A stretch of DNA of 64,000 bases, from the NCBI GenBank assembly GCA_951406725.2, contig OX597816.1:102176001-102240000 (forward strand), in the 5' to 3' direction. Position numbers and translations under genes: made by a program. The notes beneath the pieces were generated by a model. That model saw only the letters and a list, made by a program, of their open reading frames with translations, was not told the DNA's origin and did no database searches. Source of the DNA: Octopus vulgaris (lineage: Eukaryota). Positions 1 through 13,305 of the stretch are shown one piece after another (position 1 is the stretch's first letter; each line of letters begins with the position of its first letter).

Positions 1-809
1 CTTTCACCCAGTGTCTTTTTCTCTCTCTCTTTCCTCTACACATACATACATCCCTCTTTTTTTAACTCAGCCTCTACCTGCCTGTCGCTCCCTGGGAGTT
101 TAATTATTTCTATTTATGAATTGATCGGATGAGGAAAGAATAGTGACCAGACCTTCGTTGATCCTCCGAGGCTGGTGATACTAATGTAGTCAGCTGTCCA
201 ACTTGATCTTTTGCAAAAAGAAAATGGAGTTGTAACTCTCGAGCATAACAAATGCTTGTTCAAAGCGATTTAGTACGAGGCCTAAAGATTAAAAGACAGG
301 ATTGTCGAGAGCAGAGATGGGTAGATCGAGTGTGTCTACTTCGAGATGGTGTGCATCTTGTTTTGAATAACGAAGAAACCAATACAAGAGACAAGAAAAA
401 CAACTCCGTGAGCCAGTAGCCGTTATATGTTAATAGGGTAAAATCGCTTACAAAACGTTAGCTAAGGGAATTAATTCAACCGGTCTTGTGGCATGAGTTT
501 AGATAATTCAGGTAAAAAAAACGTGTACAGAAACGCTTGGTGATTTGAAATTTGCCTTTTAGTGGAGAAGGATAAGACAAACTTTGCTGTTAATTGTTAG
601 CAACACATAAAGGGAAGAGCAAATAATTTCAAGAAATATTTATTAATAAACAGCTGCGCCGTCTTGAGTCTAGGAATCCTGCTAGGCATGTCAGTTCTAC
701 AATACACCTCAGTCATACTTGAACATTAATGTGACTCAGCAACTTATTAAAGATGAAGTATATTCTAACCTTGAAAGGGAATCTTAATGTTTGGGATCCA
801 GATTATGGC

Positions 810-1475
810 AGTGAACAGATTGAGTCGTTAACGCACTAGACAAAATGCTTAGCAGCATTTCTTGCGATTCTTTAGGCGCTGAGTTCAAATGCCGCCGAGG
901 TCGACTTTGCCTTTTGTCTTTTGGGAGTCAATAAAATAAAAACCAGATGAGCACTGGTAGTTCAATGTAATCGATTTCCTTCTCCACTCAAAATTGCTAG
1001 CGTTGTGCCTATTTTGGAAAAAAAAAAAGGTGGCGAGCTGGCAGAATCGAAGCGCAGCGGACAAAATGATTAGCGGCATTTCTTCCAGTTCTTTATGTTC
1101 TGAGTTCAAATTCCGTAGAAGTTGGCTTTGCCTTTCATCCTTTCAGGGTCGATGAAATAAGTATCAGTTAAGCCTTAATGTCGATGTAATCACCTTCCCT
1201 CTCCCCATAAAAACTGCTAGATTTGTGCCAAAAATTAGAAAGCGTTATTAGAGCCTTCGAGCTGGCAGAATTGCAAGCGCGTCGAACAAAATTCTAAGCG
1301 ACATTTCTTCCGGCTTTTCACATTTTGAGTTCAAATTCCGCCAAGATCGACTTTGCCTTTCATCGTTTTGGTATCGATGAAATATGTACCAGCCAAGGAC
1401 TGGGGTCGATATTATCGACTTGCCCCACTCTCCTCAAAATAGTTGGCCTTGGGCCAAAATTAGAAAGAATTATTA
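810..1475 (+). mobile_element. Three head-to-tail copies of the same SINE family
   Basis: The unit gagctggcagaa...ctgagttcaaattccg...gcctttcatc...gtcgatg recurs at ~810, ~1030 and ~1258. Confidence 0.8.
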
Positions 1476-2379
1476 TTGTTGATGATGATATTGTCTAGTC
1501 TTGGCTTAGCAATGACTGGGCAGATCTGTGATGAAAGATGCTTCGGCCGTGACTTACAATGAATGAGGATGTTGAAAGGAGTTACCTTTGGATATGTTAG
1601 TTATTAGACCTGTATAGTTCTTTTCGGTGTGAGTCATAAGTGCTATGGTTGTTAAGTGTTTGAGACAAGGTTCTGAATGGACACGTAGACAGAGTTAAAC
1701 AGTTACGGGTTACTTGACAGGGTAGAGGCTGTATAGTGTATGTTTGCGGTTGTAGTATTTGAGCTGGGGAAACTAATATTTTGTCCAGATCTCAGACACA
1801 TAAATATCATAAGCCTTTTCAAGGCTTATGATATTTATGTGTCAATGGGAAATTATTAATTACTAGCGGGACCCGGGAATATTCCATGGAATTAATGGTA
1901 AACTTATTGGGTTATTTCTGAAAACTTTATCCAAAAAACCTGAAAGGGTAGTCTGTATCAAAAGATAATCGTTCATCTGCTTATCATTAAAAAGTGAAGG
2001 AAACTGGAATACGATAATTAATTAATACACTTTATATACTTTATGCACAATTTTATTGACTTAATACACAGAGCTCCCCCTCTTTCTTTTCACTCTTCGC
2101 TTTACCTTCTTTCGTTTAAGACAGCTCCGTTTTCTGTTCGCTTATAACGACTTCCAACTGAATCCGTATTTCAAACGTAAGTTATAATGCTTTCCCTAAC
2201 TCATGCATACACACAGACTACGCTCTTTTGACTTGTTAGCTCTTGCAATAATTTAATAAATTAAATTATTTGTTTAAAAACTGCCTTCTGATATTCCATT
2301 ACACATGCTTCTCAAAAGCTCGTTTACTGGACTTTTCCACGAACACTTTCATGCATTAGATTAGCATCACCTCACCACT

Positions 2380-2745
2380 AAACACATAACTGGCACTCCG
2401 TCAGTTACGACAAGGATTCAAGCTGATCCGATCAAAGGAACAACCTGCTCATGAAATTAACGTTGTAAGTGGCTGAGCACTCCACAAACACGCGGATCCT
2501 TAACATAGTTCCCAGGGAGATTCAGTGTGACAAAGAATGTAACAGGGCTGGCCCTTTGAATTACGGTCAATATACAGTTCGAGACTCGTTAATGAAAACA
2601 GGTACTACTCATTTTTGCCAACTGAATAGACTGGAACAGCATGAAATAAAATGCCTTGCTCAAGGACACAACGCACCACCGGTTTTCGAACTCACGATCT
2701 TACGATCGTGAGCCGAATACCCTAACCACTAAGCCACGCACCTTA
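2380..2745 (-). mobile_element. tRNA-derived SINE (second family)
   Basis: Minus-strand head GTGGCTTAGTGGTTAGGG...GAGTTCGAAAACC followed by gtgtccttgagcaaggc; a related head lies at ~54417. Confidence 0.75.
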
Positions 2746-2886
2746 CTGTGCGCACGCACACACACACACACACACATACACACATACATACGTACATACG
2801 TACGTACGTACGCACGCTTTTGAAATACAGTATGTAAGTGATACAAAAAATGTTGGCATGGTTTCAATTCAATATATAATTCTTCA

Positions 2887-3112
2887 GGGAGGCGAGCTGG
2901 CAGAGTCGTTAGCACGCCGGGCGAAATGCTTAGCGGTATTTCGTCTGCCGTTACGTTCTGAGTTCAAATTCCGCCGAGGTCGACTTTGCCTTTCATCCTT
3001 TCAGGGTCGATTAAATAAGTACCAGTTACGCACCGAGGTCGATGTAATAGACTTAATCCGTTTGTCTGTCCTTGTTTGTCCCCTCTATGTTTAGCTCCCT
3101 GTGGGAAATAAT
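2887..3112 (+). mobile_element. tRNA-derived SINE with 14-bp target-site duplication
   Basis: A/B-box-like head and gcctttcatcctttc.gggtcga..aaataagtacc central domain; TSD tatataattcttca at 2873-2886 and 3113-3126. Confidence 0.88.
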
Positions 3113-4477
3113 TATATAATTCTTCATTGTTATTGTTATTCAAACTCCAACAAAGGAACTTTGTTTCTTAGAAACCATCTAGTTCTTTACAGGAAGAATT
3201 CAAATAAAAATAAGAAAGAACATATATACATGCACGCACATTCTCTCTCTCTCACACACCTGGAGATATTTTCATATATAAATACACGAATATTTCTATA
3301 GATACGAAGCATAAATGTATGCTTTGTGACTAAATCCATAAAACATCTTTACCAACATCACCACTAATCCTACGCCATCAATTTGGAATCTATGTTAAAA
3401 GAAGTTGAAACGAAACGATGTTAAAGGGACACGAGAAAGAGACCTAATATTTGGATATCCCTCATAAAATATTGATTTTCCGTGTTCTGCAGAAAGGACA
3501 TAACATTGTTTTGTCTTTATTTTTTACTTAAACAATAGAAATCAGTATTAATGTGACAACTGGCTTCTTTTTAATGACTTATTCACTGGAGAAAAGGCAG
3601 CAGCTATAATCTTTTTCTCAAGGTTTCCAAGACAGGTAGGATGGTGGGGGGATGTTTTCCTCAGATGAAAGATCTGGCTCGAAAGCTTGCAACAAACTGG
3701 ACTCGCCTAATGACTAAATTGTGCTGTCCAAATGAACAAAAAGAAAAAAAAGTTTAGGCTACCCGCCTCATTCTAAGAACAGAAACTGTCCCAGCAGACA
3801 TAATATACTATCTCATAGATGCACATTTCTTCCCACACACTTTTGCTGTAACCAAAGTGGCCCCTGCTTTTCTCAACTACATGTTGTCATCATTTAGATC
3901 CTGTCATCTTTATTGGCACTGCACTGAACACTTCGTTGAAATCTATTCGCCCTAGGCCATCCCTCTGGAATTCTTTTACAGACCACGGTTCATCTAGACA
4001 CTGAGCTGTGGATGTTCATGTAACAATACATTAACTGCAACAATGTCAGCAGTCTGAACACTCACAAATGAAGAAGGTTACGTGTGCAGGAAATGAGCAA
4101 ACTAGAATAAGAATCGTTAAATATTTTATTAACCTGCATTGCTATATTTACAAATGGACATTCAATAAATTAATGAATCAATTTGCAATGAACAATAGTA
4201 AGGAATCTTCGGTATATAACTTGCTGTATAATGTAATGAAGGCAGTACATCGTGTACTGCCTTCATTACATTAATCACTGCATATAAATAATATGGATTA
4301 CTGGATGTGTGCATAGACGCAGGAATAAGTAATTGTGTGGTTAGTAGTTTGTTTCCCAACTACATGGTTCCGGGTTCCCACTGCATGGTACCTTGGGCAA
4401 GAGTCTTCTACTATAGTCTCGGGCCGACCAAAGTCTTATGAGTGGATTTGGTGTACGGAAACTGAAAGAAGCCCGTC

Positions 4478-4516
<39 letters not shown>

Positions 4517-4517
<1 letters not shown>

Positions 4518-4900
4518 TAGCAGCATAGCCCGGCGTTGCCCGGGCATGTAAGAGCCCCTAGTAGGCAACGACTAATCCTAATCTAGTTCTTTCCCTCTAG
4601 GGAACGAAGGCGCATGTGTAGGTTGCAATGTCTTCTCTTCACTTGAATACTTCTATGTATACGATGTTCCTAGCTGTCTCCCGACAGAAAATGTGTTGCA
4701 TATAAAAAGCTTAGATTCTCGACCCCATGTCGAATTTATCGATTTTTTTTCAGAACTGGGGGAACTTTTCAAAATTTTCACTGCGTTAGTTTTGAATTAT
4801 GACATTGGGCTATGTGTGTGTCAAGTTTCATCAGAATCGGTTGAAAGCTGTGGTCAGGGTGAGGGTACAACCTGACAGACACACAGACAGACAAACTGCC

Positions 4901-4905
<5 letters not shown>
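4517..4905 (-). mobile_element. Non-autonomous Helitron-like element nested in the (TA)n of a SINE (related copy at 39154-39452)
   Basis: Minus-strand 3' end has the hairpin CCCGGGCAACGCCGGG ~8 nt before CTAG; 5' end carries (GTCT)n; no TSD. Confidence 0.7.
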
Positions 4906-4957
<52 letters not shown>

Positions 4958-7133
4958 TATATATGTGTGTGTGTGTGTTTGTCCCCGCATCATCGCTTGA
5001 CAACCTACGTTGGTGTGTTTATGTCCCTGTAACTTAGCGGTTCAGCAAAAGCGATCGAAAGAATAAGTACTAGGTTTACAAACCCTGGGGTCGATTTGTT
5101 CGACTAAAGGCGGTGTATGGCCGCGTCTGATATGACTGAAATAAATAAAAGAAATGTTACTTAAATGTGAAAGAGGGGAGAGAGAGAACAACTCGTTGAG
5201 ACAAGCGACATAGATTGCACTGGACGGTTTAACGGCTCTCTATAGTCTTATGTTGAATTTTCCAAGAGAAGTAGTGAATGAGGTGAAAAACTGTTATGTA
5301 AGAAGGGGAGGGCTATAACAGGACCCCTATAAACTTGCAGCAAGTCAGATTCACTCAAAAATGTATTATGGTTTGGTCCACGAATTCCAGAATTTTCTGT
5401 AGTCCATTTGGCGAAAAGATTTTTATTTGCTAATCAATTTGGTTGGCTGATTCACAATTGCGCGAGCTCAACGCCTTTTATGGTAGCTGTGGTCCGACGT
5501 AAGGAAAATCTGAAAACTATGGTTCAAATTTCGCTGAGTTCACACTACAAATTTATTTTTAAAAAAATAATAAGATAAAAACAATCCAACTGACTCTTAT
5601 ACCAACCACATGAACAGCTATACACACACAATGAAGACGCAAGAACTATGAAGCTAAAAATATCCTGCAACAATATTCATGCGACATATTTGCAGTGGTT
5701 GAAAGAAATAGTATATTCCATTTGTGGTGTGTCAAAGAGAGAAGGGTGGAGGGGAATGAGGAGAGGACAGTCAAAAGACAGAAATGGTTGTGTAACCAGA
5801 TTAAACGTCTTGCAGTATTTGCTTACATTATATTTGGCTAACATTGCCATATAGCCATATCAGATTGGATAAAATAAATATTACCAGTAATAGTATTTGT
5901 TAATTTTACCATATGTTTCGCAAATAGAAATATCTGGACTGCAATATCTCGAAATTTGCTGTCGGGTGTACAGGCACGCGAACACACACACAACCTTAGA
6001 ACAATGTGCCTTATAGGAAAGGAGACAGGCAAATTATCATGTTTAATAAAATTAAAATGGTTTTAAACCTCTTTAACATGTTCAACACTATGGCGAAGGA
6101 AGAAGTATAATTGAGCTTGCACAAGCCCAATTTTATCTATTTATTAATAAAGGACGGGAACAGAACTGTTTTAACAACATTACAAGGCCTCAGTTACTGC
6201 AGTATTCTGTGGCTCCTCTACACACAATCTACACTATACATAAATTACCGTTGGACCCCTAGTTTCGTACCCTTCCTACCTCCTCCACACGCAACCTACA
6301 CAGTTTACTTAAATTAACATTAGTCCCCTAAGGTCCCAGAAAACTGCCCAGTGTATCTATATCTTGAGACGACTCTGGATGGAGGTCCAAAAATATTTCA
6401 GACTGCAATATAAGAATCAATGAAACTGATGAGGTTTTCAACTTTAAGATATCCTAAGTTAATCGTAAATTCGCATTGTTTAAACTGCAAAAGAGCGTAT
6501 TAAACCACTTGACCTGCAAAGCATAACGGTGCGATCTCCTTGAGGAAATCTTGATGACAGTTACGTAATCGTTCAAAAAATATTAACCCTTTTATTTATT
6601 AAAGTGGTAAGTTCTTCATACAACCTTCATAATCTTGAACCTTTGAAAGAGCTCATTTATTCCTTTAACAAAAAAAAAACTTTCATTACATGGTGCCATC
6701 TACTTCTAGCTGCATAGCCCTCGAGCCAACGGGGGAAACCTCTACATGGTCACTTATTCTGTTCTTTCCTTCACTCTTCATTATCACATCTCTACAAAAC
6801 TACAAATAGCTTCATGACATATTCACATCATTCCGTCGTTCTAGTGTCATTACTGCACTAATCCAACCGTACAATTAACAATCCACTGTCTTCTTTCTTG
6901 TTATCAACACCAAGAACAAGTACTACCTACGATTACACTCATAAACATACCACTCGCTCATACGTTTTGTGTATGTGACTTTAAAGTCACAAAACGTGCA
7001 ATATTCACAACACCCAGAAGTCATTGTAAGGAAAAGAAAATGGAATTACAGAAAACGCATTTGATAACAGGAAAGAACAACAGTGGTTGTACACATATTA
7101 CATTAAATCCACCATAGACTATATTAATCCTAC

Positions 7134-7460
7134 CTGAACCTGCCATTTCTCTACAACAAATCAGAGTAAACCACAAAGAATCCAAAACTATGTATATAGA
7201 CCAAACCCGGTACTAGTAGCGTAGACTGGACCCGGTTCGCGCAGATGCGCGTCCGTGCTAGCCAGACGTAGGCAGTCGATCCTACGAGCTGACTGGCGCA
7301 TACACGATATATACTTGTATCGATATATACTTGTATCGCACGTCCCCGATTCGCGTACCACCAAACCCACAGACTCCTTCATAACGAAACGAAAATACCA
7401 AAACTTTAAGGACAGCCTCGACATGTGACGGACGTAGTTCGTTGCCACTTGTTGACAAAA
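7134..7460 (-). promoter_or_regulatory. CpG-rich putative promoter with a possible first exon (ATG GCA GGT TCA G|GTAGGA, 7146-7134) of a leftward gene
   Basis: Local CpG enrichment in an otherwise CpG-depleted window, GCGCAGATGCGC and TATCGATA (7318-7325) motifs, a duplicated cgatatatacttgtat, and a downstream ATG plus donor. No downstream coding exon could be recognised. Confidence 0.35.
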
Positions 7461-9619
7461 GTAAAGAATACGTACACCCAGTGTTTAAGGTTAGAGTTTT
7501 TGGGCGATTCCAAAACCATTATCTTTCCAACTCAGATAAGGAAACATATGGAACACAGATGCAGAAATAGCTTTAATATCAATAATCCTCAGTAGTTCAA
7601 AGCACTTGGGATACACATCACCAACAAATGCAGAGGAGCAGCAACTGCTGCGCTTTGAGTCCATCACGATCACCTCAGTTGTGACCGTCACCAGAACGTA
7701 CTGGCGTTCAGAAATAGACTGGACAGTGAAGGTGCAATATGTCCAGAATGTCATACGATTCATCACTTTATGTCATAGTGTGCTGCATGGTCCTCATCTT
7801 GAAAGAGACATGGTATAACTATGAAAATAGATCTGTCACATATAGTCATATAGTGGGAAACCTGTAGGAAAAGTTTTTTCCCTCGATCAGGGCAGACCTT
7901 ACAGTTCAATTATAATAGCATCATCACCCAAACACCACCTCCATCACCATTACTGTTCGTGACTAAGCAATGTTTGTTTTATGATCTTTGTCTGTAATAT
8001 GTAACCCTTCCCCAGTTCATACACACAAGCGGTCCACGAAATTGGAAGCTGTCTATATTTATTTAGTGAGTACACACGCACGCACATCATTATCATCATC
8101 AACAATAACAATAGTAGATCACCTTTATGTGCAACAAACTACTTCTAAGACAGAGAAGAAAGCAAAAGATAATGTTTGTCCCATTATCATTTTCTTCAAT
8201 TAAAACTATTCTTGCCTGCATTTTAAACAACTGCAATTATCCTTTTATAGATACATCTTTCAAAATTCCAATTTAAATTTTCACACATCAACTAGTGGTG
8301 CTTGATTTTCTTTTTTTAATCGAGAAAAATACAGTGAAGGATAGAGGCGGGGTAAGGATTTTTTTGTTAGATTCTTCTCTGAAGAACATGAATAGAGGCA
8401 TTATATTGTCCGATGCAGTAGCTAGGGCTTCTTTTTAATTTTCATACTTGGACAGGCATGTGGTGAACATTAACATTGCTGATGTGTTACCCGAATTATA
8501 TATCTGGTTGGGTGGTAGCACGAGTTGTTTTAGAAGGAGCTGATTCCCTTCTGGAGATTACGAGACACTGACAGGAAAACTTGTTGAGAATTGAGTTGAA
8601 AGGTATCTAAATCAAACTACAAAATCTAGACTAAATTCTGAATCTTACTGAACTCTAACGGGACAAAAACTGGATTTATGGTAGAAAGGAGAAAACTGAG
8701 GTGCTACTTATACAGCAGTGCCAACCATTTGTAGGTCCTCTCTCCACACCTGCAAAGAGGAGCAGAAAAAAGGCCTGCACTCCTGCCAATATCTCATCTA
8801 GAACAGCATCAAGAACTACAACAAAACCAGCAATGGCAGCAGCAAAAACAAAACAGATATTCCCAATACAACAGTAAACCATGATATTTAACCCTCACCA
8901 AAAGAAAACCTTCCAACGATGCCCTCACCCTTCCCCCCCGAAAATTGCGTACACATAGTTCCAGACTCATCTCCCCTCTCAACTACTTAAAGACCTCCCT
9001 GGATCATGGATCTCACCAAGCAATGAAACCAAACCAGAGGGAAGTGCAGTAGGGAGTAATCAGCTGCCCCAAGAAGAAAGCTGGATAATTTAAAGGGATG
9101 ATAGACTGTTTTTAAGGTTACAACACACCTGTAGCTCTACCAAAATCTTAACAGTAGCAACAATAACAACTTCAACGAAAATCACACATATAACTCCAAA
9201 TACAATCACAGAAAAAAGAAAAATACCAATCACAGAATCAATACAGTAAAAAAAAAAATTAACCACATCAACTTCACAGTTGTTCAAAAGTGCAACATTG
9301 AATTGATGGAGGGGTAATAAACAACTAAAGCATTGTTACCAATGGGGAAGGCTTTGAAGAGCTTCTTCCCCCAAACTCCCAAAGATAGCCTCTTAATACA
9401 AACAGATTTACAGATACGGAGAGAGTTAAAAAGAAATGTTCCCTTTGACATTGCATCTTTTCGAAAAAAAAAAAAAAAGAAGCCCAATAGGAATATTTTA
9501 CAAATACCTTTCAAAACTTCCCGCTAAACCAACAAGGAAAATGAATTAATCACACTCCTTGAGGACCAACGTAAGTAACTTTTTCCATTCGTTTGTCTCC
9601 AACGAACATGCTTATCTTC

Positions 9620-10900
9620 AAAGTTGGGTGTATCAATGGGGTCATCTTGGAAGCAAGGTTACTTACTCAATGATCTCAGGTCATGAGGCACAGATGTAAC
9701 AGCCATTAATATGACCAGCACCCCTAGAGCATATGCATCCTCACCCAATTCTGATGTATACTAGGTGTACATATTTTGTGGTCTGTCAGGATCAGGTGGT
9801 GAGATGGCACTGTTATTCCAAAAATCCTTAGATTTCAAGATGCTGACAATTTTGGACACAAACAGTAAATCGGTAGTTTTGAGTGTAAAGCAGCAGTGAA
9901 AGTGGTGCCTTCAGACACTAGTCTGAAGACACCACAGTTGGGTTGTCAATGCTTCAAAGTGGTAGAGCAGACCAATTTCTTCAGTTATGTAGAAGTTTTC
10001 CTGGGGAGATCCTAATCATTACTACTAGTGGGGGACTGGAACTGTATTTTAGATGCACATAAGGACTGTGTGGGAAGATTGCATGAGAATAGAGTTTGCA
10101 AAAGCTTTGGAAGCCACAACAATTTTCTGTTTGACAGGTACTGACTAGATTTCCCTGATGTACCAGTGCGGACATGATGCAACACCAACTGGACATCCAG
10201 ATCATAATCTAGATAGAATGTGTGGTGGGTCATCATGTAGGGATAGAGTATGATGTTCACATTTTAAGCTGGTCAGCCAACATAAACTACAAATTTTTGA
10301 TCTGCTCAGTCAACTTAGATAAGGCTCATTGACAGGGACTCTATTATTAGAAGTTGAACATGTCCTTACCAGCATGCAAAGACTACAGGGGCTATTGTAA
10401 ATAACCATGGCACACCACCTTGAAGAGGGCAATTAGAGCAGCGTTGATAGCAGTAGAGAGAAATAGATTGGAGAGCAAACTAATTAGCAATCTAGATAAG
10501 GTGACTATCTAGTGAAGGAATCACAGCCAATATACTAATGGCAAGAATGGCCCTTAACTATGTTTTTTATGTGCAACACAAAAGCTGAATTGTCAGAGCC
10601 AAAGTCAGTGCACTAAAACAATAGAAAACAATAGCTTTTGATCGGCCCCTGTGACAGAGGCACAATGTAGGCAATAAAGTCACTATCAGGTCTTTAACAT
10701 TAAGATGGATGCATGTTACTCAGTTCCAAGCAGTTGTGTGTGGCTTCTAAGTAGCACTAAGTAGCTGAACTGTTCAGGGTGGGCAAGGAGTCAAAGATAG
10801 CAGTGGACTTCAATCTCTTCCTCATTGAGATGACAAGGGTGGGAGTACAAGACTAGTTTAAACAAGAAAAACAGTGAAGTCTTGAAGAGGGATACATACA
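9620..10900 (+). mobile_element. Highly decayed L1/Tx1-like endonuclease region
   Basis: LLVGDWNCILDA at 10022-10057 and a YLDR-like motif at ~10205 are APE endonuclease signatures; many stops. Confidence 0.5.
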
Positions 10901-11454
10901 GCAGTGGGTTGCTTTATTCTCAGAAAGAAAACATACATTAATACACATATGCATGTGTATGTGTGTGCATGTATGGTGAGGATATTCTATCCACGTCTGT
11001 ATATTTCAAGTGGGAGTTAAACAACTATTGACAGTAGGATTAGTCATATTATCACTATAGGCAATATTAAAAAAAAATATTTACTTTAAACTTTAAACTG
11101 TATCATGTTAAGTCATTCTTATATGTTTAGTGAGTAGAATTTGGGTCAGATTTAACAAAGCACATTATAAACCATACCAAAGAGCTTCTCTGGCTATTTA
11201 CTTTGGTTAATGGTAGAAATGACCAACACATTAGAAAATCACTGGAGTAAATACATTAATGTATTTAGATTGAAGCACCTTAGTTCCGAGTTCAAGTCTG
11301 CCTGTCAGTATACACACACATACACAAATATATCTATAGATATCTATGTAGTTGACCTATTGATATCAATCTGTCTACCTGCTATTTATCTCTCTCTCTC
11401 TTTGTATATAGCAAGTTGACACTGTGTTATGCTGATAAAACATAACAGATTGAG

Positions 11455-12015
11455 ACATCGAAATTGAACCAATCCTCTGACTGGCACCCGGCAGTTGCCA
11501 GGGCCACTGGACTGACTTGTGTGCAGGTGGCAAGTAAAGAAACACCGTTTCGACCCTGTGCTTGAGGAGATCCATTGAGTCAAGTACACCAACATCAAAA
11601 ATCAATGGAAACTGCAGTTGTGATCCCTGTGCTGGTGGCATGTAAAAAGCACCATCTGAACGTGGCCGATGCCAGTGCCACTTAGACTGGCTTCCATGCC
11701 GGTGGCATGTAAAAAGCACCATCCAAACGTGGCCGATGCCAGCGCCACCTTGACTGGCTTCCGTGCTGGTGGCACATAAAAGGCACCAATCCGATCGTGG
11801 CCGTTGCCAGCCTCGCCTGGCACCTGTGCCAGTGGCACGTAAAAAGCACCCACTACACTCACGGAGTGGTTGGCGTTAGGAAGGGCATCCAGCTGTAGAA
11901 ACACTGCCAGATCAGACTGGAACCTGGTGCAGCCTTCTGGCTTCCCAGATCCCTGGTCGAACCGTCCAACCCATGCTAGCATGGAGACGGGACGTTAAAC
12001 GATGATGATGATGAT
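11455..12015 (+). mobile_element. RTE 3'-UTR-only copy (similar copies at 18050-18530 -, 28650-28850 +, 30985-31324 +, 34660-35090 +, 60175-60480 -)
   Basis: Same ggtggcacgtaaaaagcacc units and ...ttaaacgatgatgatg tail as 20700-21270. Confidence 0.85.
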
Positions 12016-12247
12016 TTTAATATCCTCTTTTCTATGCTTGTGTTGATCAGATGGAATCTATTGACAGATTTTCTATAGTTGGATGCCCTTCTTGTTGCCA
12101 ACTCTGACTTATTTTCAAGTAGTAATATTTCCCTCTGGTCAGGCATGTTTTAATCAAATATTGGAAATGATTGTCACTGCTTGTAAAACAGTAGCACTCA
12201 TTTACAACTATCACACAATGTCAAGACAAGGAGACAAGCACACATAC

Positions 12248-12285
<38 letters not shown>

Positions 12286-12925
12286 TTACAAGCTCCTTTC
12301 AATTTCTGTCCACAAAATCCACTTACAAGGGTTTGGTTAGCCTGAGTCTATAGTAGAAGACATTGCCTAAGGTGCCATACAGTGGGACTGAACTCAGAAC
12401 CTTGTGGTTAGGAAGCAAACTTCTTAACCACACAGCTATGCCTGCACCTCATACATAGTTATCCTTTGTGTGCAGCACAGACAAGACTGCTTTTCTCAAG
12501 CATGAAAAAAAAAAAATTTTTTAATTAAAAAAATCTGTACATTTCTTTAAGTTATCTCCTTTTTTCTTGAGAGTTGCTTATAATTGCTGCAAGGTTTTTT
12601 CATCCCCCAGAGAGAAATTTTAAAAGAATTAAGAGTTCAGTGTTATGTACAACATGCAGTTAACTACACCCCAACTAAGATATCTAACATTGTCTGATAT
12701 ATATATATATTCTCTCACTCTGTGCTTTCCATGCATTTTCAATCAAATCTGCATGTTAACATGGGATCCCTTGACGACAATGTAACCTTCATTTGATTAA
12801 GGTATCTTTGGCCCAAGTAGCTAGCGGATTACCCCTTGTTTGGGTAATTACTACTTCTGAAGTTCTGCTAGCAATGAAACATGTATAGCCTGGATTTTAT
12901 ATATTCCATTCCCTAATTTTGGATT

Positions 12926-13305
12926 ATCTATTATATATAAAATCCGTTCTGTCTTTCTGTGTGTGTGCCTTCTAGGATCTCGGGCATCCTCCATCTGATT
13001 GCACTTAAATTTGATATGTAGATACTGATGGTATCAGGGCATATATAAGTCTTCAAAAAATTACAAAAATCGATTCCAGGTGAGAATGTGATCGATAAAG
13101 CTGTGGGAACGTGCAAGTATATCAGATGTTGCGATCAATACTATGCGTACATGAGAAAAATGCACGTGCAGTTTGTGCAAAAAAAGCCAGCTGGCTTGAA
13201 ATAATGCCACAAAATGGGATGGTCGGACAAGTTGTTTTGAGAAAATTCGGTTTAAATGTTTGACAACTCAGCACCGTCCATTGGACAGGGGGTGCTTTGC
13301 TCGTA
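12926..13305 (+). mobile_element. Non-autonomous Helitron-like element
   Basis: Starts TCTATTATATATAAA..ctgt repeats; ends with hairpin gcaccgtccattggac...ggtgc then CTCGT. Confidence 0.6.
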
